A model generated the notes under the pieces. That model searched no databases and was not told the origin of the DNA. It was given only the letters and a program-made list of their open reading frames with translations. DNA of 37,555 nt from Chthoniobacteraceae bacterium. Its GTDB lineage: Bacteria > Verrucomicrobiota > Verrucomicrobiia > Chthoniobacterales > Chthoniobacteraceae. The stretch lies in the NCBI GenBank assembly GCA_031409335.1, contig JANNWY010000093.1:1-37555 (forward strand). The letters run 5' to 3'. Shown piece by piece: positions 18,742-26,741 of the stretch. Made by a program: the position numbers and the translations under genes. Positions within the stretch are counted from its first letter, which is position 1. Each line of letters opens with the position of its first letter.

Positions 18742-20970
18742 TTAGCGCGCATGGGCGGCGGTGTTTTCGAGTTCGAGCTGGTTTCGCACGAGGCGGTAGT
18801 AGGTGTCTCCGCGCGCGACGAGGCCGCTGTGGTCGCCGACTTCGACGATGCGGCCCTGGTCCATGACGACGATCTGATCGGCGTCGCGCACGGTGCTGAG
18901 GCGATGCGCGATGACGACGACGGTGCGGCCTGCGGCGAACTCGCGGAGATTGGAAAGAATGGTGCTTTCGTTGTTCGCATCGAGGGCGCTGGTGGCTTCG
19001 TCGAGGAAGAGAAATTCGGGATTGCGATAGACGGCGCGGGCGAGGAGCAGGCGCTGCTTTTGTCCGCCGCTGAGGCCCTGGCCTTCCGCGCCGACCATCG
19101 TCTCGACGCCGTTCGGCAGCGTGCGCAGGTAGTCGCCGAGATTTGCGAGCATGATGGCGAGCCGCAGCCGCAGCGGGTCGATCGGCTCGCTGCCGGGCGC
19201 GATATTGCGCGCGACGCTGCTGGAGAAAATGTGGCCGTCCTGCATCACCACGCCACAGCGCTGCCGCCAGGCCTGGCCGTCGAAGGCGACGAGCGGAATG
19301 TTGCCGAGAAAAATTTCGCCCGCCGTGGGTTGGTAAAGGCCGAGCAGCAGCTTGAGCAGCGTCGTCTTTCCACTGCCGCTGGCGCCGACGATGGCGGTGA
19401 CTTTTCCCGAGGGAATCCGGAGGTCGATCTCGCGCAGCACGTCGGCGTGGCCCGCGCCGGGGTAGCGAAAGGTGAGCCCGGCGAGTTCGAGCGTCGCACC
19501 TTCGGGGATCGCGACGCTGGTGCCTTGCGGCGATTCTTCGTCGCGATGGCGGTAGATTTCCTGCATCCGCTCGAGGCTGAGGCGGGCGTCCTGCGCGGAG
19601 TAGATGAACTCCATGAGCCGCCCGATCGGTGAGTTGAGCTGGCCGACGATGTATTGCGTGGCGAGCATCATGCCGAAGGTCATTTCGCCCTGGATGACGG
19701 CGCGCGCGGCGAGGAAGGCGATGAGGATGTTGCGAAAATTCGACGCGAGAAAAAGGCCGATGCGCTGCGCCTGCTTGAGCGCGAGGCTCTGCGCTTCGAT
19801 GCGGTAAGAGCGCACGGCGAGGTGCTCCCAGTCCCAGCGTTTCGCGCGCTGGAGACCGTGGATTTTGATCTCGGGCATCGCGTGGACGATCTCGAAAAGG
19901 GTGTCGCGTTCCTTGGCTTCGAGGGTGAAACGTTTGTAGTCGAGGTTGCGCCGCCTTTTCAAAAAGAGACCGAGCCAGACCGCGGAGAGAATGGTGAAGA
20001 AGAGGAAGACGCCGAGGATTTGCCAGCTATAGAGCGCGAGCACGAAGGCGAAGACGACGAAGCTCAGCAGCGAAAAAATAATGTCGAGCGACGACGACAT
20101 GAGGAAGCTCTTCACGCGGCGGTGATCGCCGATGCGCTGCATGATGTCGCCCGCGGTGCGGCTCTCGAAAAACGGGACGGGCAGGCGGAGCAGCTTGCCG
20201 AGAAAATCGGCGATCATCGCGATGCTGACGCGCGCACCGACATGCAGCAGCAGCCAGCTTCGGATCATGTCCGCGACCGTCTGGCTGAGCGAAAGCATGA
20301 GCTGCGCGGCGAGCAGCACGTAGATGAAATTCAGGTCGAGATTGCCGATGCCCTGATCGACCACGGCCTGCGTGAGAAAGGGCAGGATCAGCTCGATGCC
20401 GAGGCCGACGAACATGCCGAGCAGCACTTGGAAAAGCAGGCGTTTGTGCGGGCGCAGGTAGTTGAAGAAAAACGCGAGGCCGCGCCCGTCGGCGTCCGCG
20501 TCGTCGCGGCCCGAGGCGCTCTGCTCGTGGAAGGCGGGCGTGACTTCGAGCAGCAGGTAAATGCCGGGCGCGTCCTCCACGAGCGGGGTCTCCGGCGGGG
20601 CGCTGGCGCGGATGAATTCGGCGTGCGTGTAGTCGATGAGGCCGTAGGCGGGATCGGCGACGCGGACCTTCTTGCGGGTGATTTCATAGACCACGACGAA
20701 GTGATCGTTCTCCCAATGCGCGATGCACGGGAGCGGGGCTTCTTCGCGCAGGCGCTTGAAGCTGAGCTTTACCGCAAGCGAGCGCAGGCCGAGGCGTTCC
20801 GCCGCTTCGGAGATGCCGAGCAGATTCACGCCGCCCTTGCCGATCTGGCAAAGCTCGCGCAGCCGCTCCTGCGGGAACTCGCGCCCGAAATGCGAGCAGA
20901 CCATCCGCAGCGATGCAGGCCCGCAATCCATGGCGTCGAGCTGGGCGTGGTAAGGGAAGCGGGATTTCAT
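18742..20970 (-). CDS. Peptidase C39 domain-containing ABC transporter (PCAT, SunT/LagD/ComA-like)
   Basis: QLDAMDCGPASL (catalytic Cys), IAHWENDHFVVV (catalytic His), ADPA, TM domain, Walker A GASGSGKTT, LSGGQKQR, FLDEATSALD, IAHRLST. Confidence 0.95.
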   Translation of the reverse strand: MKSRFPYHAQLDAMDCGPASLRMVCSHFGREFPQERLRELCQIGKGGVNLLGISEAAERLGLRSLAVKLSFKRLREEAPLPCIAHWENDHFVVVYEITRKKVRVADPAYGLIDYTHAEFIRASAPPETPLVEDAPGIYLLLEVTPAFHEQSASGRDDADADGRGLAFFFNYLRPHKRLLFQVLLGMFVGLGIELILPFLTQAVVDQGIGNLDLNFIYVLLAAQLMLSLSQTVADMIRSWLLLHVGARVSIAMIADFLGKLLRLPVPFFESRTAGDIMQRIGDHRRVKSFLMSSSLDIIFSLLSFVVFAFVLALYSWQILGVFLFFTILSAVWLGLFLKRRRNLDYKRFTLEAKERDTLFEIVHAMPEIKIHGLQRAKRWDWEHLAVRSYRIEAQSLALKQAQRIGLFLASNFRNILIAFLAARAVIQGEMTFGMMLATQYIVGQLNSPIGRLMEFIYSAQDARLSLERMQEIYRHRDEESPQGTSVAIPEGATLELAGLTFRYPGAGHADVLREIDLRIPSGKVTAIVGASGSGKTTLLKLLLGLYQPTAGEIFLGNIPLVAFDGQAWRQRCGVVMQDGHIFSSSVARNIAPGSEPIDPLRLRLAIMLANLGDYLRTLPNGVETMVGAEGQGLSGGQKQRLLLARAVYRNPEFLFLDEATSALDANNESTILSNLREFAAGRTVVVIAHRLSTVRDADQIVVMDQGRIVEVGDHSGLVARGDTYYRLVRNQLELENTAAHAR

Positions 20971-21019
20971 CGGTGGCAGACGGGGCCAACTGGTAGCAGA
21001 AGGCCCGGCCTTTCAGGAC

Positions 21020-21052
21020 AAAAAAACAGGAGGGCCGGTGAAGGCCCTCCTG
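21020..21052 (-). terminator. Intrinsic terminator/attenuator downstream of the precursor peptide gene
   Basis: Perfect 10-bp stem caggagggcc/ggccctcctg with a 6-nt loop, followed on the minus strand by T7 (A run 21020-21026). Confidence 0.85.
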
Positions 21053-21104
21053 ACAACTAATCTGACCGCCGTGGGCAGCCGTTTCTGGGGCTGTTAGCCG
21101 ACGA

Positions 21105-21320
21105 CTAGCACTTCGGTGGCGGTGGGCAGCCGCAGTTGCCGCCGCCGCTGCCGGATTTGCTGCCACCGGATTTGCTGCCGCCGGATTTACTGCTGCCGGA
21201 TTTGCCGCTCTTGCTCGATCCGCTCTTGCTCTTTTTGCCTTTTTTTCCGCCACCGCCGGTGACGGCGGCAGGGGCATTGATCGCGTCAGAAGCGAATTGG
21301 TCTAGGATGCTCTTTTTCAT
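21105..21320 (-). CDS. Double-glycine-leader precursor peptide with Lys/Ser/Gly-repeat core (putative RiPP precursor)
   Basis: Leader MKKSILDQFASDAINAPAAVTGG, then a 48-aa core with six KSG motifs and a CGCPPPPKC tail. SD-like AGAAAGG 9 nt upstream of the ATG. Directly upstream of a C39 transporter. Confidence 0.85.
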   Translation of the reverse strand: MKKSILDQFASDAINAPAAVTGGGGKKGKKSKSGSSKSGKSGSSKSGGSKSGGSKSGSGGGNCGCPPPPKC

Positions 21321-21501
21321 ATTAGGATACCTTTCTAGTTCTTACTTTCTGTTTTTGGGTTTGTTTTAACTGATCAATGCAGCACTCGCTGCGGTTCAGA
21401 CTTTGGAGATTGTCACAAGTTAGCGTCAACGATTTTTCAAAAAATCTTCTGCTTGACTCGGAACGGCATTTACGGTCCAAAGCCCTCAAATCATACTTAT
21501 T
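21321..21501. promoter_or_regulatory. AT-rich divergent intergenic region (putative shared promoter region)
   Basis: 181 bp between the divergent starts of the precursor and the lysyl oxidase, visibly AT-richer than the flanks. Individual -10/-35 boxes are not assigned. Confidence 0.5.
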
Positions 21502-23064
21502 ATGAACTATTCTAAGTGTCGGGATTTCGGAATTGCCGTTTGGGTTTTTGTCTTTGGTCTGCTGAGTGTGCTTGCTTCCGCCCAAACCGTGCTGACTAGC
21601 AACGTGCCGCTGGCAAATCTATCTGGCAGCGCGGGCAGCCAGGTGTTTTACCAAATCGCCGTCCCCACTGCGCAGACCAAGCTGGATATCCGCATCACCG
21701 GGTCGGGCGACTGCGATCTCTACGTGAAGCGGGGCTCGCAGCCGACGACATCGAGCTACGACTACCGGCCTTACACGAACACCAGCAATGAAACGGTCAC
21801 AGTGACGAATCCGGTGGCGGGCAATTGGTTCATCATGCTGCGCGGCTACAAGGCGTATTCCGGCCTGACGCTGGTCGCGATTCTCACTGGCGGCAGCACC
21901 ACGACGGCGGTGGCGACACCGACTTTCAGTCCGGTCGGCGGCACGTATCCGCAGCAGCAAAACGTGACGATCCGCACGGTCACGGCGAACGCCATCATTC
22001 GCTACACCACCAACGGAACTGACCCGACGGCGAGTTCGACGGTGTATAGCGCGCCGATCATCTTGAGCAGCACCACGACGCTGAAAGCGCGGGGTTTTCT
22101 CAGCGGGATGACGGATAGCGCAGTGGCGACGGCTACCTTCACCATCTCCGGCAGCGGCGTGAATATCCTGCAAAACGGGAGCCCGCGGGCCAACCTCGCG
22201 GCAGCCAAGGACAGTAAGACCTACTACCAGATTTCGGTGCCGGCGGGGCAGAGCGCCCTGGCCATCACCATCGCCGGCGGCGCGCAAAGCGGGGACTGCG
22301 ATCTGTATGTGCGTCGCGGTTCACAGCCCACGACTGCTACCTACGACTATCGGCCTTACCTCGGCGGGAGCAATGAAGCGGTCTCCGTATCGAGCCCGGT
22401 CGGCGGCGACTGGTTCATCATGCTCCATGGCTATACGACCTACAGCGGGGTGACCCTGACTGCGACTTACTCGGCCACGGCGAAGCCCGATCTCACGCCC
22501 TACACCGGCTCGCTGAACGCTTACACGACGACCGAGACCTTTAGTGGAAACGCCTGCGATGTGACTGAGGGGCTGGTCGTCTCTGGCACACGGAGGCTGC
22601 TCCGCTTCACCACCGAGACGCGCAACGTCGGCACGGCCGATCTCGTGCTGCGCAGCCCGGCGAACAACCCGCTCTTCACCTACGCGCCGTGCCATGGTCA
22701 CTATCACTTCAACAACTTCGCCGAATACCGGCTCATCAACTCGGCGGGACAGCAGGCGGCGATCGGGCAGAAAGTCGGCTTCTGCCTGGAGGATGTTTCG
22801 CGGTGGAATCCGGCGGCCAATTCGCGCGCTCAGTACGATTGCGACTATCAAGGCATCCAGGCCGGATGGTCGGACCTCTATACGCGAAATCTGCCGGGGC
22901 AATGGGTGGACATCACCGGCGTCGCTCCGGGCACTTACGTGCTGGAGATGCGGCTCGATACGGCCAATCGCATCGACGAAGCGAACGAGACAAACAACCT
23001 GGCGCGCGTCGAAGTGGTGATCGGCGCCGCCAATGGGGCGGTGACTTCGCGTCCGCTGCCCTGA
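21502..23064 (+). CDS. Secreted lysyl oxidase (LOX) family protein with two PPC domains and a CHB_HEX_C/FN3-like domain
   Basis: Signal peptide (ASA|Q). Two PPC repeats (GDCDLYVKRGSQPT...YDYRPY) and an ATPTFSP...IRYTTNGTDPT domain. LOX motifs LLRFTTETRNVG, CHGHYH, KVGFCLED, QGIQAGWSDLY...QWVDITGVAPGTYVL...EANETNN. Confidence 0.88.
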   Translation: MNYSKCRDFGIAVWVFVFGLLSVLASAQTVLTSNVPLANLSGSAGSQVFYQIAVPTAQTKLDIRITGSGDCDLYVKRGSQPTTSSYDYRPYTNTSNETVTVTNPVAGNWFIMLRGYKAYSGLTLVAILTGGSTTTAVATPTFSPVGGTYPQQQNVTIRTVTANAIIRYTTNGTDPTASSTVYSAPIILSSTTTLKARGFLSGMTDSAVATATFTISGSGVNILQNGSPRANLAAAKDSKTYYQISVPAGQSALAITIAGGAQSGDCDLYVRRGSQPTTATYDYRPYLGGSNEAVSVSSPVGGDWFIMLHGYTTYSGVTLTATYSATAKPDLTPYTGSLNAYTTTETFSGNACDVTEGLVVSGTRRLLRFTTETRNVGTADLVLRSPANNPLFTYAPCHGHYHFNNFAEYRLINSAGQQAAIGQKVGFCLEDVSRWNPAANSRAQYDCDYQGIQAGWSDLYTRNLPGQWVDITGVAPGTYVLEMRLDTANRIDEANETNNLARVEVVIGAANGAVTSRPLP

Positions 23065-23078
23065 GCCGCCGCTCTCGC

Positions 23079-23996
23079 GTGAAGCTCTCGGTTCCACGTT
23101 TCGTCGCCCTGCTCGCGGGGCTGCTGGTCACCTCGTATCTGATGACCTTTTTTCTCCAACGCCACGCCGTCGTGCCGCACAGCGCCCCGGTGGTGCCCTC
23201 GGTCGAGGTAGCGGTGGCAAACGATGAACCGCCGCGCGGGAATGAAGCCGTCTTCGCGGAGACGGCGGATCGGGTCACCATGGGCTCCGGCATTCTCCCC
23301 GAGCCTCCCACTGACGCACTCGTCGAATACGATCGGGTTCTGCGCCAAATGGCGACACTGCCGGACGGCGACGAGAAGATGCAGCTCGCCCGGCAGGTCG
23401 GCGCGATCCGCGACCGCATGGCCGCGCCCGTGCTCCTCGACTGGGCAGTCGTCACCACGGATCGCGCGCTTTTGCGCTCCGCGCTCGAAGCCCTCGGCCC
23501 GCTCGCCGATGCGGAATTGATCGCGGAAATCAAACTCCGTTTCGCCGCGGCCTTCCGCGCGGACGACCGCTACCGGCTCGGCAAAGTCATCCGAAGTATC
23601 ACCAACGCGGAGGCAGTCACGGCCTTGATCGAACTCGCCGACGACACCACCGCGCCGGAGCCGTTGACGGTCGCCGCGACCGAGGCGCTCGCCACCCTCG
23701 CGACGCCACCGGCGGTGAGCCTGCTGCTCGGAAAACTCGCGTCCGCGGAACCCGACGACACCGGCCGGCTAATGACCGCCATCGCGCGGATCGATCGCGA
23801 GGAAGCGCTCCCCTCACTCCAGTATGCGGCAGTCGGCAACAAGGATGCATCCACCGATCAGGCTCGCGTTGCCGCGATCCACGCCCTGGCGAATTTTCGC
23901 GACGAACCGACGCGCGAACTGCTCAAACGCCTCGACGCCGATCCCAGCGAAGACGTGCGCGACGCCGCGCGGGACGTCCTCGCGCGGAGCCGGTAA
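23079..23996 (+). CDS. Membrane-anchored HEAT/PBS-lyase repeat protein
   Basis: GTG start 14 nt after the LOX stop. N-terminal TM (FVALLAGLLVTSYLMTFFL) and HEAT-like helices (ARVAAIHALAN; LDADPSEDVRDAARDVL). Confidence 0.7.
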   Translation: MKLSVPRFVALLAGLLVTSYLMTFFLQRHAVVPHSAPVVPSVEVAVANDEPPRGNEAVFAETADRVTMGSGILPEPPTDALVEYDRVLRQMATLPDGDEKMQLARQVGAIRDRMAAPVLLDWAVVTTDRALLRSALEALGPLADAELIAEIKLRFAAAFRADDRYRLGKVIRSITNAEAVTALIELADDTTAPEPLTVAATEALATLATPPAVSLLLGKLASAEPDDTGRLMTAIARIDREEALPSLQYAAVGNKDASTDQARVAAIHALANFRDEPTRELLKRLDADPSEDVRDAARDVLARSR

Positions 23997-24026
23997 GATC
24001 GGCAATCATCCCGGAGTCGTTCACTT

Positions 24027-24257
24027 TCAAAACTCGCCCGCGCCATTCCGTTTGCCGACCTGGCCGAGGACTTCGTGCGTGCGGTCGATGGGGCGCTTGA
24101 GGGCGTTCGTCGGCGCGGGTGTGGCGTCTTTCGGCCCGGTGGTCAGGGGCGCGAGTTCCTGGCCGGTGACGGTCTGCGCGACTTCGGCGACGGGCGTTTG
24201 GCGTCCGAAGTAGAGGTAGAGACAGGCGATGACGACGAGGACGACAATGATTTTCAT
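24027..24257 (-). CDS. Small hypothetical membrane-anchored protein
   Basis: 76 aa with an N-terminal hydrophobic stretch MKIIVVLVVIACLYLYF. Fits the gap between neighbours. Confidence 0.6.
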   Translation of the reverse strand: MKIIVVLVVIACLYLYFGRQTPVAEVAQTVTGQELAPLTTGPKDATPAPTNALKRPIDRTHEVLGQVGKRNGAGEF

Positions 24258-24289
24258 GTGTATGGAATCAGCACGGCTTGAGCCAGCGA

Positions 24290-24455
24290 TCCGGGAAGCA
24301 CGCTCGTCCCGAGCGTTGGTCCAGGCGTCCCGCCAAGACGAACTTCCGTTGCCGCATCGCTACTGAACTCGCGAACCATCCTGAAAACGACGCGGCAGGA
24401 AGTTCGCGAAGGCGGGACGCCTTCGCCAACGCTCGGGACGAGCGTGCTACCCGGA
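24290..24455. repeat. REP-like inverted repeat pair
   Basis: 58-bp arms 24290-24347 and 24398-24455 with 8 mismatches, each with internal palindromes. Confidence 0.8.
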
Positions 24456-24518
24456 ATCCCCCGCGCTCCATTTTCCCCGTGACGAATGCGCGCCCACTCC
24501 GCTTACTGAATGCGCGCC

Positions 24519-26729
24519 ATGAAACTCTCAACCGACTCCCCGACCATCGACTCCGCCGCACTCGACGCCATCCTCGGCGCGCATCACAGCGACCCATTCG
24601 GCGTGCTGGGGATGCAACAGGCGGGCGAGGCACTCGTGGTGCGCGTCTTCCGTCCGGATGCGCGCGCGGTCGTGGTGCGCGAGGCGCGCGAAGGCGGGCG
24701 CACTTTCCCGGCGGTGATGGTGCATCCCGATGGATTTTTCGAGGCGCGGCTCGCGGGTGCGACGGAGCGCTTTGCCTACGATCTGGCGCTCACTTCGCGC
24801 GAGGGGAAGGAGTGGACGGAGCACGATCCCTACAGCTTTGGCGTGATCCTCGGGCAGCTCGATCTGCATCTTTTTGGCGAAGGCCAGCACTGGAAACTTT
24901 ACGAAAAACTCGGCGCGCATCTGACCGAGATCGGCGGTGTGCGCGGGACGACTTTTCACGTCTGGGCTCCGAATGCGCAGCGCGTCAGCGTGGTCGGCGA
25001 TTTCAATGGGTGGGACGGTCGCCGCCACACGATGCGGAAGCTGCTCGGCTGCGGCGTTTGGGAAATTTTCCTACCCGGCGTGGCGGAGGGTGCGCATTAC
25101 AAGTTCGAGGTGAAGGGCTGCCACGGCGCGATCGTTTTGAAGAGCGATCCGTTCGCGTTCTTTGGCCAGCACAGCACTGAGACGGCGTCGCTCGTGTTCG
25201 ACCTCGATCGCTACAAATGGGCGGATAGCGCGTGGATGGAATCGCGCAAATCAAAGGAATGGCACCGCTCACCGGTGTCGATTTACGAAGTGCATCTCGG
25301 CTCGTGGCAGCGCAAGCCGGAGGAAGGCGATCGCTATCTGAGCTACCGCGAACTCGCGGACACGCTGCTGCCTTACGTCCTCGAAATGGGCTACACGCAC
25401 ATCGAGTTGCTGCCGATCCTGGAGCATCCGTTCGACGGCTCGTGGGGCTATCAGGTCACCGGATTTTTCGCGCCGACGAGTCGCTTTGGGAATCCGGACG
25501 AGTTCCGCTATTTCGTGGATCGCTGCCATCAGGCGGGCGTCGGCGTCATCCTCGATTGGGTGCCCGGCCATTTCCCGAAAGACCCGCACGGGCTGGCGGA
25601 ATTCGACGGCACCTGCCTCTACGAACACTCCGATCCGCGCCAGGGCGAGCATCGCGACTGGGGCACTTTGATTTTCAACTATGGGCGTAACGAGGTCCGC
25701 AACTTCCTCATCGCCAACGCTCTCTTCTGGCTCGCGGAATATCATCTCGATGGCCTCCGCGTCGATGCCGTCGCCTCGATGCTCTACCTCGACTACTCAC
25801 GCCAGCCCGGCGAGTGGGTGCCGAATATCCACGGCGGTCGCGAGAATCTCGACGCGATCTATTTCCTAAAACGCTTCAACGAAGTCTGCTACGAGCAGCA
25901 TCCCGGCATCATCACGCTCGCCGAGGAAAGCACCGCGTGGCCCGGCGTCTCGCGCCCGACTTACCTCGGCGGACTCGGCTTCGGCTTCAAATGGAACATG
26001 GGCTGGATGCACGACTTCCTCGACTACATGGCGCTCGACCCGATCTACCGCCGCTTCCACCACGGCGCGATTACCTTCAGTCTGCTCTACGCCTTCCATG
26101 AGCATTTCGTCCTCGTCCTCAGCCACGATGAAGTCGTCCACGGCAAACGCTCGCTCATCGACAAAATGCCCGGCGATGCGTGGCAAAAATTTGCGAACCT
26201 CCGCATGTTCTACGGTTGGATGTTCGCCCATCCGGGAAAAAAGCTGCTCTTCATGGGCGGCGAGTTCGGCCAGTGGAGCGAGTGGAATCACGACAAATCG
26301 CTCGACTGGCATCTCTGCTCCCTGCCCGAGCACGACGGCCTCAAGCGCCTCTGCCAGCACCTGAACCACCTCTACCGCAGCGAGCCCGCGCTCTACGATC
26401 AGGACGACACCTACGCCGGCTTCGAGTGGATCGACTTCAACGACTCCGACAACTCCGTCGTCTCCTTCCTGCGCCGCAGCCGCTCCGGCGAAATCATGAT
26501 CTTCGTCATCAACGCCACGCCCGTCGTCCGCGAAGGCTACCGCATCGGCGTCCCTTCGAGCGGATGGTTTGATGAGGTCTTGAACACCGATGCACAAACC
26601 TACGGCGGCAGCAACATCGGCAACTACGGCGGCCAATTTTCCGAGCCGTATCCGTGGCAGGGCAAAGGCCACAGCCTGCTGGTGAATCTGCCGCCGCTGG
26701 CGATCATCGGGTTTAAGTGCCGCGTGTAG
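24519..26729 (+). CDS. glgB: 1,4-alpha-glucan branching enzyme
   Basis: [67 protein letters not shown]. Alternative start at 24510. Confidence 0.97.
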   Translation: MKLSTDSPTIDSAALDAILGAHHSDPFGVLGMQQAGEALVVRVFRPDARAVVVREAREGGRTFPAVMVHPDGFFEARLAGATERFAYDLALTSREGKEWTEHDPYSFGVILGQLDLHLFGEGQHWKLYEKLGAHLTEIGGVRGTTFHVWAPNAQRVSVVGDFNGWDGRRHTMRKLLGCGVWEIFLPGVAEGAHYKFEVKGCHGAIVLKSDPFAFFGQHSTETASLVFDLDRYKWADSAWMESRKSKEWHRSPVSIYEVHLGSWQRKPEEGDRYLSYRELADTLLPYVLEMGYTHIELLPILEHPFDGSWGYQVTGFFAPTSRFGNPDEFRYFVDRCHQAGVGVILDWVPGHFPKDPHGLAEFDGTCLYEHSDPRQGEHRDWGTLIFNYGRNEVRNFLIANALFWLAEYHLDGLRVDAVASMLYLDYSRQPGEWVPNIHGGRENLDAIYFLKRFNEVCYEQHPGIITLAEESTAWPGVSRPTYLGGLGFGFKWNMGWMHDFLDYMALDPIYRRFHHGAITFSLLYAFHEHFVLVLSHDEVVHGKRSLIDKMPGDAWQKFANLRMFYGWMFAHPGKKLLFMGGEFGQWSEWNHDKSLDWHLCSLPEHDGLKRLCQHLNHLYRSEPALYDQDDTYAGFEWIDFNDSDNSVVSFLRRSRSGEIMIFVINATPVVREGYRIGVPSSGWFDEVLNTDAQTYGGSNIGNYGGQFSEPYPWQGKGHSLLVNLPPLAIIGFKCRV

Positions 26730-26741
26730 CGGGCGCGCCCG

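Noticed and set aside
15952..21320. Class III/IV lanthipeptide interpretation (kinase plus Ser/Cys-containing precursor)
   Set aside because: No phosphoSer lyase or LanC cyclase domain is visible in the kinase or in neighbouring genes. A trans-acting enzyme elsewhere cannot be excluded.
21322..21585. 87-aa minus-strand ORF as a second precursor
   Set aside because: No GG leader pattern. It overlaps the LOX start and spans the presumed promoter region.
22689..23078. Upstream ORF-track extension of the HEAT protein
   Set aside because: It overlaps the LOX catalytic domain in another frame. The GTG at 23079 precedes the TM segment.
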